Shown here: positions 52,852-62,817 of the stretch, one piece after another
Layout of the letters: every line of letters begins with the position of its first letter
Numbering within the stretch: the stretch's first letter is position 1
Assembly (NCBI GenBank): GCA_028685295.1
Contig: JAQUEL010000004.1
Span: 24-64,023, forward strand
Reading direction: 5' to 3'
DNA length: 64,000 nt
From: a bacterium
GTDB lineage: Bacteria; UBP13; UBA5359
The notes under the pieces: model-generated
Told to the model about the DNA's origin: nothing
Database searches by the model: none
Seen by the model: only the letters and a program-made list of their open reading frames with translations
Position numbers and translations under genes: made by a program

Positions 52852-55125
52852 ATGAATCCCTTGCTATGGCCGGCTGTATCGCTTGTTTCAGGCATAATAA
52901 TCCAGCCTTATTTGTCTTTGACGGCTGTTGCCTGGATATTGATAGCGTTGTTTGCCTTATCAGGTGCGGCTATCTGTCTATGGGCCGATAAAAAAGGAAC
53001 TGCTTCTCTTTTTAATGATAATCGGTTATTTCCACTTTTTATAATATTGCTTTTCATTGCTATAGGCGCTGCACGCTCGGAGAGCTATGGCCGGACCGTT
53101 ACTCCGCCAGGTCAGAATGGAGAGGTTGAGCTTCTCTTCAAAGTGACGGAGAATCCGGTGAAGAGGGAAGGAAAGCTCTATATCACCGGCCGAGCGTTGA
53201 AACTCTGGCATGAGGGCAGAGAGAACCATTGGGAGGCTCCATTACGTCTGATAATCAGGGGGGCTGAATTGCCTGCCTGGAATGATTTGCTGCAAGTCAA
53301 CGGACGCCTGATCTCCTTTGGACATGGCCGTTATCTTCTGCTGGGCGACTATATGGAGATCACCGGGCAAGCTGCTTCCAGTGCCTGGAATAGAGGATTG
53401 CACAGGCTAAGGCAGCGTCTTCTGGATATTAACAGGCGTACGCTGGGGCAGGAGCAGGCAGCTCTGATGAACGCTATGGTGCTGGGGGATGGTTCAGCTA
53501 TAGATACAGAGCTGTCAGATGCTTTCCGTAGAACAGGAACAATCCATACATTGGTAGTGTCCGGTCTTCATGTGGCATTTATTCTGGGCTGTGTCATTGC
53601 CGGTTTTAGATGCCTGGGGTTCTCTGCACGTACTGCCGCTGCTGGTGCTGCACTCGTTATTTTGCTTTATGCTATAATAGTAGGCAGGCAGCCATCAATA
53701 GCCCGGGCTGCCGTTATGGCGCTGATCGGTCTGGCAGGAATAGTTTTTGGGCGCCGTGGTAATAATCTGAACAGTCTGGCTGGGGCGGCCTTGTTGATTT
53801 TGCTCTTCAACCCCTGGTCTCTTTACGAGCCGGGCTTTCAGCTCTCCTTTTCCGCCGTTTTGGGTTTGATAACTCTGACCCCTGTCCTGGAGCGTTACCT
53901 CTGTTTTATGCCCCGCTGGATTGCTTTGGCGCTGGCAGCTTCTGCCGGAGCACAGTTAGCTGTAATGCCCATTATTGCCAGGCATTTTGGAACAATATCG
54001 CCGCTCTCACCTTTGGCAAATCTGCTGGTGGTTCCCCTTATCTCGCCTGCAGTTCCCTTGGGGCTGGCGGCGGATCTGCTGGGCCTGATCAGTTTATCAC
54101 CGGCACAGGGAGTGAACCTGGTCAATCAGGGATTGCTGGTGTTGGTGGCTGCCCTGATACGGTTGCTGGACAAGGTACCCTTTATGTCTTTGACTATAGC
54201 TTCACCGTCGCTTTGGACGATAGGATGCTATTATCTCTGTCTGGCTGCCCTGGTCCGCTACGGTTCTGATGTGAGGAAGAATCGTAAGTTGAACAAAGTG
54301 ATCATATATGCACTGCTGATTATTGTAGCCATGGTTGTAACCGGATACTATGCTGACAGATTTGACAGCCGTCTGCAAGTAACCTTTCTCGATGTAGGCC
54401 AGGGTGACGCGGTGCTCATTCGTTTGCCAAACGGTGAAAAGGTTCTTATTGACGGCGGGCAAACACCACTGGCAACACGGCTCAGAAGTATGGGTATCGG
54501 CCGGCTCAGAGCCGTTATTCTGACACATCCGCATTATGATCATTTGGGTGGACTGCTCTCTGTTGTTAGTGGAATAAAGGTCGATGAGGTTCTTGATAGT
54601 TGTCGGCCGCACAGTTCATCAGCTTACAAGCGCTTTCTTCTGGAGATAAAGAAAAGACACATTCCGTTTAGACAGGCGAAACGGGGACTGGTTCTATCCG
54701 GCGGTGGCGCTGTCATAACTGTGCTTAGTCCAAGTAAGGAGCTCTTACAAGGCATGGATTTTAATCTTAATAACGGCTCCATAGTTTGCCGTCTGGATTA
54801 CGGCAAGGCATCTTTTCTCTTTACCGGTGATATCGAGCAGGCTGGAGAAGAAGCTCTGTCCGGATGCCGGCTTGGCGCCCGGGTATTGAAAGTGCCTCAT
54901 CACGGTAGTAGAATATCATGTAGCACATCATTTCTAAAAGCGGTCAGGCCGATGGCTGCCATTATCTCCGTAGGCCGCAATAATGATTACGGGCATCCCG
55001 ATAGAGAAGTTCTGCAACGATTACAGCAAGCGGGTGTCAGGATTTATCGCACGGACCAACATGGCAGTGTAATTGTAGATACAGATGGTCGGAGCCTGAA
55101 GATAAGGAGTGAGCGGGAACGATGA
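52852..55125 (+). CDS. comEC: DNA internalization-related competence protein ComEC/Rec2 (polytopic membrane protein with a C-terminal metallo-beta-lactamase domain)
   Basis: 757 aa with multiple TM helices and THPHYDHLGG...HHGS MBL motifs. Confidence 0.88.
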   Translation: MNPLLWPAVSLVSGIIIQPYLSLTAVAWILIALFALSGAAICLWADKKGTASLFNDNRLFPLFIILLFIAIGAARSESYGRTVTPPGQNGEVELLFKVTENPVKREGKLYITGRALKLWHEGRENHWEAPLRLIIRGAELPAWNDLLQVNGRLISFGHGRYLLLGDYMEITGQAASSAWNRGLHRLRQRLLDINRRTLGQEQAALMNAMVLGDGSAIDTELSDAFRRTGTIHTLVVSGLHVAFILGCVIAGFRCLGFSARTAAAGAALVILLYAIIVGRQPSIARAAVMALIGLAGIVFGRRGNNLNSLAGAALLILLFNPWSLYEPGFQLSFSAVLGLITLTPVLERYLCFMPRWIALALAASAGAQLAVMPIIARHFGTISPLSPLANLLVVPLISPAVPLGLAADLLGLISLSPAQGVNLVNQGLLVLVAALIRLLDKVPFMSLTIASPSLWTIGCYYLCLAALVRYGSDVRKNRKLNKVIIYALLIIVAMVVTGYYADRFDSRLQVTFLDVGQGDAVLIRLPNGEKVLIDGGQTPLATRLRSMGIGRLRAVILTHPHYDHLGGLLSVVSGIKVDEVLDSCRPHSSSAYKRFLLEIKKRHIPFRQAKRGLVLSGGGAVITVLSPSKELLQGMDFNLNNGSIVCRLDYGKASFLFTGDIEQAGEEALSGCRLGARVLKVPHHGSRISCSTSFLKAVRPMAAIISVGRNNDYGHPDREVLQRLQQAGVRIYRTDQHGSVIVDTDGRSLKIRSERER

Positions 55126-55349
55126 AAGGGAAGAGTATCATCGCCGTAGTCGATCGCATTGAGAACGATAAAGTCATCCTCATAACTAATAAAGGTGCGG
55201 AAATTGCAATTGCTTCTTCTGTTCTGCCAGAGGCCGAGGAAGGAGACGTCATTTATTGTCTTCTGAGACTGGATAAAGTTATCGGGCATAGACGGAAGAA
55301 GGATGTGCAGGAGCTTCTCAAGGAACTTGGAGCATCAGATGAAGATTGA
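55122..55349 (+). CDS. Small conserved protein, DUF3006-like (commonly follows comEC)
   Basis: 75 aa overlapping the comEC stop. The family assignment rests on the size and context pattern. Confidence 0.5.
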   Translation: MKGKSIIAVVDRIENDKVILITNKGAEIAIASSVLPEAEEGDVIYCLLRLDKVIGHRRKKDVQELLKELGASDED

Positions 55350-56427
55350 TGCTTATAATGCAGTTGCTTTTCTTAAAAAGGAAGCAGTAATGCCCATATA
55401 TTTGCTGGCCGGTCCCGGAGATTTTCCCTATGAGGGACTGCTGCGCATGATTGCATCTCGTGTCATCGGCCCGGATACGGGGCTCAGGGATATGGATAAT
55501 CTGAATCTGAGCGTATCCGGGTTGGCCGATGCTTTGGACGAAGCTTCTACGCTGTCACTCTTTGGAGGTGGGCAGGTGCTGTTATTGCGCTCACCGCAAG
55601 CTATCAGTGATGCTGATATCAAGCTTTTGGAGCAATATTTAGAAAGCCCCGATCCGGCTACTGTTATAGTCATTCTCTTCACTTATGATAGGGAAGATGA
55701 GCAAGGCGGGCGCATCCCTGCGCCCAAAGCATCTCTGGCCCGCCTGGTGGAAAAGAGAGGGGTTTACATTAATCTTACCTTTGCCAGCGGTAAGAAATAC
55801 GGCCATGATGCACAGGAAACAGAGCGCCTGCTGCGGCTGATAGGTGAACGCGGACGACGTGCCGGCAAGCGTTTCAGCCGGTCTGCTGCTCAAATGCTTA
55901 TTGATATGGCCGGAGGTAGCGCAGGACTGCTCTTCTCTGAAGCCGACAAGGCGATAGCCTATGTTGGTGCTGAAGAGGAGATAAAACCAGCGGATATCGT
56001 CGCTATCGGCTGCCATAATGCTGAAGCCGATATCTTTGAAATGATAGATGGCCTGGGACAAGGAAAACGAGCGCAGGCATTGAAGATCTTTTCACGCCTG
56101 TGGGAGATGCTGCCCATGCCGGACAGCGGCAAGGCTATCTATATCGTTACCATGCTGGCCAGGCATTTTCGCTTTCTGTTGCAAGGAGCAGCCTTGAAAA
56201 GGGAAGAGAAGGGCAAGTTTTTGCCTGAGGATAAAAAAATATCGCTGGCGGCTCAGCATCCCTTTGTCCAACGTAAAATAGCTTTGCAGGCTGCGCATTA
56301 CGGCCTGCGACGAGCCGCACAGGCGTTGGTAAAGTTTCATCAACTGGATAGAGATCTAAAATCCGGTGCAGTTATCGATGAACGTTCTTCTATTGAACTT
56401 CTTCTGGTAAGTCTTCAGTCTGAGTAG
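55339..56427 (+). CDS. holA: DNA polymerase III subunit delta
   Basis: About 362 aa from ATG 55339. The conserved comEC-holA arrangement is present, with a clamp-loader delta-like N-terminal domain. Confidence 0.8.
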   Translation: MKIDAYNAVAFLKKEAVMPIYLLAGPGDFPYEGLLRMIASRVIGPDTGLRDMDNLNLSVSGLADALDEASTLSLFGGGQVLLLRSPQAISDADIKLLEQYLESPDPATVIVILFTYDREDEQGGRIPAPKASLARLVEKRGVYINLTFASGKKYGHDAQETERLLRLIGERGRRAGKRFSRSAAQMLIDMAGGSAGLLFSEADKAIAYVGAEEEIKPADIVAIGCHNAEADIFEMIDGLGQGKRAQALKIFSRLWEMLPMPDSGKAIYIVTMLARHFRFLLQGAALKREEKGKFLPEDKKISLAAQHPFVQRKIALQAAHYGLRRAAQALVKFHQLDRDLKSGAVIDERSSIELLLVSLQSE

Positions 56428-57296
56428 CAGCAGTTATCCTGGGTGTTAACCCCGGGAGGGCAGGCCCGGTAAGCCAGTGGAGAGCATCCGTAAGTCTTGC
56501 GAAAGGCCTTGGAGAAGACCAGTTGATCGCCATATCCCACCGACACAGCTACTTCATTTACAGTTAGTTCGGTGCTTTTAAGCAGATTAGCGGCTCTGCG
56601 CATGCGTACGTTCAGCAGGTATGACATGGGGGGGAGCCCCGTGCCTTCCTTGAAGATACGACAGAAATAACTGCGGTTCAGCCCGGCCTGAGCGGCAATA
56701 TCAGCGATTCTCAAGCGCTTATAGTAGTTGGCCTCAATAAAGTTTCTAGCCCAATTCACGTAAAGGCGTTCTTCGCCCTTTTCGTTCTGCTCTGCGGGTG
56801 TCTGTGACGCTTCATCCATTAGCGATGAAATGAAGAGATTGAGCATGCCCTGTAAATGGAGAATGTCGCTCTGTTTGATAGCTATGGCCCCCTGCATCTG
56901 CAGCAGAAGCTGAAGTGTTCGGCTCTTTGTATCAAAATTAACGATAGGTTTTTCTTTTGACAATCCTGCAACTGCCAGATAATCAGCTGCCATAATACCG
57001 CCAAAGCCAAGCCAGGCATATGTCCAGGGATCGGCAGCGTCAGCCTCATAATACGTCAAGACATCCGGGTATATTAGAAAGCCTTGTCCCTGGTGAAGTT
57101 CCCATATCTGATCACCAAGGCGGAATATCCCTTTGCCGTTTATGATCAGATGGATAAGATAATTGCCCCTGACTGCAGGACCAAAGGAATGCGACGGAGT
57201 ACATGCCTCCATACCGCAAAAGAGAAAATGAAGATCAATACTTCTGTATATACGGCGCTTACCCGGTGTGGTGCCGGTGCTTTTAATAGTATGCAT
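56415..57296 (-). CDS. AraC-family transcriptional regulator (cupin sensor plus C-terminal HTH), divergent from melA
   Basis: N-terminal cupin (HSFGPAVRGNYLIHLI) and C-terminal AraC HTH (IADIAAQAGLNRSYFCRIFKEGTG). Confidence 0.85.
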   Translation of the reverse strand: MHTIKSTGTTPGKRRIYRSIDLHFLFCGMEACTPSHSFGPAVRGNYLIHLIINGKGIFRLGDQIWELHQGQGFLIYPDVLTYYEADAADPWTYAWLGFGGIMAADYLAVAGLSKEKPIVNFDTKSRTLQLLLQMQGAIAIKQSDILHLQGMLNLFISSLMDEASQTPAEQNEKGEERLYVNWARNFIEANYYKRLRIADIAAQAGLNRSYFCRIFKEGTGLPPMSYLLNVRMRRAANLLKSTELTVNEVAVSVGYGDQLVFSKAFRKTYGCSPLAYRACPPGVNTQDNCCYSD

Positions 57297-57422
57297 AAGT
57301 CACATTTTACCATAAAGAGTCAACATAATGGAATATTTTATAGATATGCAATCTGATATAATACAATCACAGCATTAATAACTGCGCATAAAATGTGCAA
57401 ATTAAGAGAGAGGAAGATAGAT

Positions 57423-58763
57423 ATGCCGAAAAAAATAGCCTTTATAGGAGCCGGAAGTTTTGGATTTACCAGAAGGCTGGTCAATGATATATTGACCTAT
57501 CCGGCTTTATCCGATGCCGTCATTACCCTTATGGATATAGATGCCGAACGACTGTCTTTTATCAAGGCGGCGGTAGATAAGATAGTGGCGGCCGGCAATT
57601 ATTCTGCTCGGGTGGAGGCAACCCTGGACAGGGGAGAAGCCCTTACCGGAGCCGATGGTGTAATCTGCACCATCTTGCAGGGCGGGGTAGAAGTCTTCCG
57701 TAAAGACGTGGAGATCCCTAAAGAATATGGCGTTGATATCAACGTAGGGGATACCAGAGGGCCGGCCGGCATTTTTAGAGCGTTACGTACTATCCCGGTG
57801 ATGCTGGATATCTGCAGGGATATAGAACGCTATTGCCCGCAAGCTGTCTTTCTTAATTACACCAATCCTATGGCTATGCTCTGCCGGGCTATGCAGGAGA
57901 AATTCCCGGAATTGACTATCAGCGGACTCTGCCACAGTGTACAGGGAACAGCTGAAATGCTTGCCAAATGGATAGGCGCACCTATGGAAGAGGTAACCTT
58001 TCTTTGTGCCGGTATAAATCACCAGGCCTGGTATCTTGATTACAAGTGGAACGGTCGGGATGCTTATCCTCTGCTCAGGGAGGCGATCAAAAAACCTGAG
58101 ATATACAAGGAGGAACAGGTTCGTAACGAGATGTTCATCCATCTGGGCTACTATGTTACCGAATCCAGTGGGCATAACTCCGAATACAATGCCTGGTTTA
58201 GGAAGCGTCCGGATCTGATAGAGAAATATTGCACACACGGCACGGGATGGAATCCCGGAATTTATGCTTATATCCGAGATCATTACCTGGAAACAGCGAA
58301 CACCTGGCGGAATAATATCAAAGAAGAACTGGCCAAGCCGATTGAGCTGCAGAGAGGAAATGAGTATGCCTCCAGTATCTTCAATGCCGTCATAGGCGAT
58401 GGTACCCCATATGAGTTTAATGGCAACGTGCGCAATTTCGGCCTGATAGATAATCTACCTGAAGGCTGTTGTGTGGAGGTGCCGGTCCTGGCTTCACACC
58501 GTGGGCTGGATCCTTTACATGTTGGGAAATTGCCGCCACAACTGGCCCTGATGAACAATATCAGCGCCAGATGCGAGGAATTAGCGGTAGAAGGAAGCCT
58601 GGCAGGAGACAAGGAGATGATCTACCAGGCGATATATTTTGACCCGCTGACCTCCGCCGTGCTCAGCCTGGCTGAGATCAGGGAGATGGTGGATAAGATG
58701 TTTGCAGCCAATGCTGATTGGCTGACGCAGTTCAAGCCGGCAAAAGTTTCGATAAGGATCTGA
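57423..58763 (+). CDS. melA: GH4-family NAD+/Mn2+-dependent alpha-galactosidase (MelA-like)
   Basis: [34 protein letters not shown] and [20 protein letters not shown] motifs align with MelA. Confidence 0.88.
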   Translation: MPKKIAFIGAGSFGFTRRLVNDILTYPALSDAVITLMDIDAERLSFIKAAVDKIVAAGNYSARVEATLDRGEALTGADGVICTILQGGVEVFRKDVEIPKEYGVDINVGDTRGPAGIFRALRTIPVMLDICRDIERYCPQAVFLNYTNPMAMLCRAMQEKFPELTISGLCHSVQGTAEMLAKWIGAPMEEVTFLCAGINHQAWYLDYKWNGRDAYPLLREAIKKPEIYKEEQVRNEMFIHLGYYVTESSGHNSEYNAWFRKRPDLIEKYCTHGTGWNPGIYAYIRDHYLETANTWRNNIKEELAKPIELQRGNEYASSIFNAVIGDGTPYEFNGNVRNFGLIDNLPEGCCVEVPVLASHRGLDPLHVGKLPPQLALMNNISARCEELAVEGSLAGDKEMIYQAIYFDPLTSAVLSLAEIREMVDKMFAANADWLTQFKPAKVSIRI

Positions 58764-58901
58764 TGAAACATTTACCTGCAGGCAAGGATAAAGTATAATT
58801 ATGTCCTTGCCTGCAGGCAGATCGAGTTTTCTGATATTTGCATTGACATAAGCTTATGCCGATGATAAAATAATCAAGCTTCCTTTGAAATGGGAGCGTG
58901 T

Positions 58902-58977
<76 letters not shown>

Positions 58978-58996
58978 TTTTTTTCATAGTGGTATT

Positions 58997-59036
58997 GCGG
59001 GTTTCGAGGTTTTCCTGAAACCCGCTTATTTTTTAT
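58997..59036 (+). terminator. Intrinsic terminator after tRNA-Phe (GCGGGTTTC-loop-GAAACCCGC + TTATTTTTTAT)
   Basis: A 9-bp perfect stem followed by a T-run. Confidence 0.6.
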
Positions 59037-59388
59037 CTTTTCCATTTACAACAGAACTTACAACAAAATGGGGCAGTAATTTATCGGAAAGACTGGCTAC
59101 AGCACGGGCTTTCATATCGGGGAAGATATGCGTGTAGATGTTGGCGGTAGTGCCTATATCGGCATGGCCTAGATAATCGCTGACCTGCTTTATGTCCTGC
59201 ACGTCCTCATATAAGAGTGTGGCGCAGGTGTGGCAAAAAGCATGCAGACGGGGCTTTTCCGGCAGCCGTATATCATCCTCTGTCCAGCTTTTTTGTTGTA
59301 AGCGGCAACGATTGCCTTGAAGCGCCGGCGGATATTTTTTGTCTGGAGGATTTACTATATGGATAGGGGTATTATCAGGGTTAAATTT
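59029..59388 (-). pseudogene. Tyrosine recombinase (phage-type integrase) 3' remnant: catalytic C-terminal region only, no start codon
   Basis: The minus-strand frame encodes ...RLHAFCHTCATLLYEDVQDIKQVSDYLGHADIGTTANIYTHI... (box II with the catalytic Tyr). The HxxR Arg is replaced by Cys. There is no in-frame Met upstream and the frame runs into the tRNA terminator. Confidence 0.7.
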
Positions 59389-59450
59389 TTACCCCTTAAG
59401 GGATTGACAAAAGAACAAGTGTTTGCTATCCTGCCATGGGAGGTATCGAT

Positions 59451-59675
59451 ATGGCAAAAATAAACGTTTCTTTACCTAATGAAGTTATCGTTTGTCTTGA
59501 TGAAGATGCTCGCCGGCATGGTCTGACCAGGTCAGAGTATATTCGCCGGTCTGTAGAGCTGTATGCGCGTTACCTGCATTTAGAGGAGAAGGTGGAAAAG
59601 AGAATACAGACTTTGAAAAATGCTGTCACAAAGCAGGACACTTTGGCCGAGCGTCTGGCAGAATATGTTGCCTGA
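59451..59675 (+). CDS. Ribbon-helix-helix (CopG/VapB-like) antitoxin
   Basis: MAKINVSLPNEVIVCLDEDARRHGLTRSEYIRRSVELY. TTGACA-17-TATCCT and a GGGAGG Shine-Dalgarno lie upstream. The 3' end overlaps the downstream gene. Confidence 0.7.
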   Translation: MAKINVSLPNEVIVCLDEDARRHGLTRSEYIRRSVELYARYLHLEEKVEKRIQTLKNAVTKQDTLAERLAEYVA

Positions 59676-59691
59676 AGGTGATGAGGAGGTA

Positions 59692-60195
59692 ATGCACGTG
59701 AGCAAAGACGGGTTGTTGCGCTATATTCTGTATGAGAATGCCGCGAAGGCGGATGGGGAATATTCTTCAGGCTATATTTATCTCATTAAGCCGGTATATA
59801 TACTGGATCCCAGCGTAGTTTCCCGCTGGTTTATCCGTGACGAGGTCTCCGGAGCTGCTCTCAAGGTAAGAGAGGATTATGTCAGAGGCCATATCTCTTT
59901 GATTGTGCCGGATTGCATTCTTTTTCATCTGGCTGATCTTCTGCAAAAGCACGGCGGACTTACCGGAATGGATATAGCCGCTGCTTTGAAGACTATGTAT
60001 GATATGCATATAATTATGCCTCTACGTGCCCAGAGTGCTTGCCGGGCAGTGGAGATGGCTGTAGCAGATGGTCTGGAGATGAGTAAGGCCGTTTATCTGG
60101 CCGAAGCAGAATTGAGCGGAGCCAGGCTCCTGACCAATGATAAAGAGATAGCCTCCAAATATTATGCTGCCATACATATTAGCAATTATCAGTGA
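59692..60195 (+). CDS. Putative PIN-domain (VapC-like) toxin with an N-terminal extension
   Basis: YILDPSVV...(acidic residues)...LLTNDKEI pattern. It overlaps the RHH gene in another frame. The start is ATG 59692 or GTG 59698. Confidence 0.45.
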   Translation: MHVSKDGLLRYILYENAAKADGEYSSGYIYLIKPVYILDPSVVSRWFIRDEVSGAALKVREDYVRGHISLIVPDCILFHLADLLQKHGGLTGMDIAAALKTMYDMHIIMPLRAQSACRAVEMAVADGLEMSKAVYLAEAELSGARLLTNDKEIASKYYAAIHISNYQ

Positions 60196-60611
60196 AGTGA
60201 ATAGCTTATATATGCACCTCTCATAAATCAAGAATGCAGATGCAGAAGTTCAGAAACATATTGGACTCTGAACTGCTTTTTTCACCTTGGGCCGGACGAT
60301 TAAGTTCGCGTCTTTGCGCTCTGGCTTCAAATATTGGACAGCTTCATATACCTGGTCTTTGTAACATACCTTCATTCCAACTCTTGGCCCAAGCAAGACT
60401 TCAATTTCTTTTCTGGCGGGGACAAGTGGATAGCCTTGCGTATCTATCTTGAACAACCTGCCTTTGAAGGAGAAGCAGCTTGAAGCATCTGTTTTTCGTT
60501 TCTTTTTAATACAGAGAATGGTGTCTATATCAATGTTTGACCTGAGAGGGACGAAGATGGATTCTCCTTTGGCGGGCAGAGCCGCAGGGCGGCAGGTATG
60601 GCCGAAGAAAT

Positions 60612-60723
60612 AAAAAAGCCCACAAAAGTGAGCTGTCCGGCCGGTCCACCACGCCCGGCGTCTTCCTGGACTGGCCCGCGTTAGCGGGACTCAGTGTGTG
60701 AGAAGGTGTTCCTCACCTCGGAC
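60612..60723 (-). ncRNA. Candidate small structured RNA of about 112 nt with its own promoter and intrinsic terminator. Family unknown.
   Basis: On the minus strand, TTTACT (60758-60753), a 17-nt spacer and TATAAT (60735-60730) place the +1 near 60723. The terminator is GCUCAC-UUUU-GUGGGC plus U6 (60633-60612). The transcript is GC-rich with a 5'/3' closing helix (UGUCCG/CGGACA) and internal hairpins (CCCGC-UAAC-GCGGG). No coding potential. Confidence 0.4.
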
Positions 60724-60916
60724 ACTTTAATTATATACTCGTTTCGGGGCAAAGTAAATATTCGAGGAGTGAGCATTAGGGGATGTCCCTTCGTCCCCCG
60801 CTGGACCTCTACAATTCATTGACAGGCTATATGGCCGATGCTAGAATACGCCTGTGTATTACCTTACATAATCGATGCGTAGATTGCCGCTGTCGATATA
60901 TGAGAGAGGAAATGAT

Positions 60917-61732
60917 ATGCGCTTACAAATTCTTGGAACTGCCGCCGGGGAGGCATGGCCGGCGATATTTTGCGGATGCGATACTTGCAAGCGTGCGCAA
61001 GCTGCAGGCGGCAAGGATCTGCGGAGCCGGTCATCTCTGCAAATAAACGATAAATATAAGATAGACCTTCCGCCGGATACATACCACCACATAGTTACTC
61101 AAGGTTTGAACCTCTCCAGACTCTCTCACCTTTTTATCACTCATTCTCATTCAGACCATTTTGACCTTGCTTTAATAAATATGATGAACCCGCCATTTGC
61201 ACATAATCTTGAGCATGCCCCCGTCAAAATTCTAGGAAATAATACGGTGATAGAAAAGATAAACGCCGCGTTTAATGAAAGTGATCTTTCCTTTAATGCG
61301 ACGGCTATAGAACCGTTTGTACCTGTTGCAGCCGGGGAGCTTGCTTTCACGCCCATACTTGCCGCTCATATGACGCATGAGGATTGCTTAAACTACGTGA
61401 TAAGCTCCGAGGAAGCTACCGTCCTTTATGCATCCGATACGGGTGCCTACCCGGAGAGAACGATAAATTATCTTTGTAAATTGAAGTTCGATCTGCTTGT
61501 TATTGAGTGTACCTCCGGCACGCTGAATATTCCACCCACGGTACATATGAATTTTGAAACTGTGCTTGATCTTGTAAACAGGCTAAAGTCCGCAGGAGCA
61601 GTCTCTTCCCGTACAAGAGTAGTAATTACACACTTTTCCCATAACATGGGATTGCTGCATAAAGAGCTGGAAGCAATTGCCAAGCCTCACAATATAGAGG
61701 TAGCCTACGATGGCATTGTTTTGGATATCTGA
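60917..61732 (+). CDS. Metallo-beta-lactamase-fold hydrolase, PhnP-like
   Basis: ILGTAAGEAWP...CGCDTC and THSHSDH motifs. ATG at 60917 after a GAGAGAGGAAATG Shine-Dalgarno. Confidence 0.75.
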   Translation: MRLQILGTAAGEAWPAIFCGCDTCKRAQAAGGKDLRSRSSLQINDKYKIDLPPDTYHHIVTQGLNLSRLSHLFITHSHSDHFDLALINMMNPPFAHNLEHAPVKILGNNTVIEKINAAFNESDLSFNATAIEPFVPVAAGELAFTPILAAHMTHEDCLNYVISSEEATVLYASDTGAYPERTINYLCKLKFDLLVIECTSGTLNIPPTVHMNFETVLDLVNRLKSAGAVSSRTRVVITHFSHNMGLLHKELEAIAKPHNIEVAYDGIVLDI

Positions 61733-61773
61733 AATTATTCACGCAAAAAACGCGCTCCGTACGGAGCAGCGCT

Positions 61774-62817
61774 CTACGATAAGACTACCGGCCTTCCCTT
61801 CTCAGCCGATTCATAAATATAGCGGCATAGCTCAATAGATTTACGGCCTTCCAAACCATTTACCAGCGGTTCGCGGTCCTGAGTTATGGCATCGCACATA
61901 TCCTGTATCTGTGCCTTATGCCAAGTTATGGGAAAGGCCATGGGATCGCTGGCACCGGTGCCGGTAACCTCTTCCACATCGCCAGGTTCATCATTCTCTG
62001 TAGCATTCATAATATTCCAAGAGGATAGGCTGCCCTGTTCCAGCGTGATAGTTCCTCTGGTACCGTGCAGTTCCAGACGCTCTGGTAAACCCGGATAAAG
62101 ACAAGTAGAAGCCTCGATAATGCCCATAGCACCATTCCTGAATTTAAGATTGATTACAGCCAGGTTCTCAATTTCAATATTTCGATGCACAGGCATTATG
62201 GCGGTACGAGCATAGACCTCGGCCACCGGGCCAAAAACCCAAAGCAACAAATCGATGGAATGCAAAGCTTGATTAATGAGAACTCCGCCGCCCTCCGTGG
62301 ATAGTTTGCCGCGCCATTCATCCTTATCAAAATATGCCTGCGGGCGATACCACTTAACATGGACCCCGCCATAAAGCAACTGCCCAAGCCCACCGGCATG
62401 GCAATATTCCCTAGCACGACGTACCGCCTTCTTGAATCTGTTTTGAAAGATCACCGCCAACTTTACTCCATTGGCCTGACAAGCCTCGATGAGCGCATCG
62501 CACTTCTCCAGCCTGATATCCATGGGCTTCTCCACTATAACATGTTTGCCCTGCCGCGCAGCCTCTATCCCCATATCGGCATGGCAAAAAGGCGCCGTAG
62601 TGATATCCACTATATCGATGTCATCCCGCCCCAACACCTCACCGTAATCGCAAGTCCAAGGAACGCCATATCTATCTGCAAATTGCCTGGCCCGTTCTTC
62701 TGTCCTCGAATAAACCAACTTCAGATCGGTCTCATCCAGTTGCACAATAGAGTCAGCATGCGCTGCAGATACCATACCGGCCCCTACCAGAGCAACGCCG
62801 TATTTTCGCTTATACAA
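61774..62817 (-). CDS. Gfo/Idh/MocA-family NAD(P)-dependent oxidoreductase
   Basis: N-terminal Rossmann GVALVGAGMVSAAHA, an EKP motif and a C-terminal alpha/beta domain. Confidence 0.8.
   Translation of the reverse strand: MYKRKYGVALVGAGMVSAAHADSIVQLDETDLKLVYSRTEERARQFADRYGVPWTCDYGEVLGRDDIDIVDITTAPFCHADMGIEAARQGKHVIVEKPMDIRLEKCDALIEACQANGVKLAVIFQNRFKKAVRRAREYCHAGGLGQLLYGGVHVKWYRPQAYFDKDEWRGKLSTEGGGVLINQALHSIDLLLWVFGPVAEVYARTAIMPVHRNIEIENLAVINLKFRNGAMGIIEASTCLYPGLPERLELHGTRGTITLEQGSLSSWNIMNATENDEPGDVEEVTGTGASDPMAFPITWHKAQIQDMCDAITQDREPLVNGLEGRKSIELCRYIYESAEKGRPVVLS

Noticed and set aside
60234-60456. Mutually overlapping 72-aa (+) and 68-aa (-) ORFs
   Set aside because: The two ORFs occupy the same DNA on opposite strands. 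Neither has a Shine-Dalgarno or a recognisable product. They are likely non-coding island debris, but the minus ORF cannot be fully excluded as a small protein.
60590-60725. Identifying the candidate RNA as SRP RNA, 6S, tmRNA or RNase P
   Set aside because: At about 112 nt it is too short for 6S, tmRNA or RNase P. It loosely resembles small SRP RNA (terminal helix, AGGAAG) but lacks the recognisable domain IV GGAA-tetraloop/AGCAGCC pattern. It is left as unknown pending a covariance-model search.
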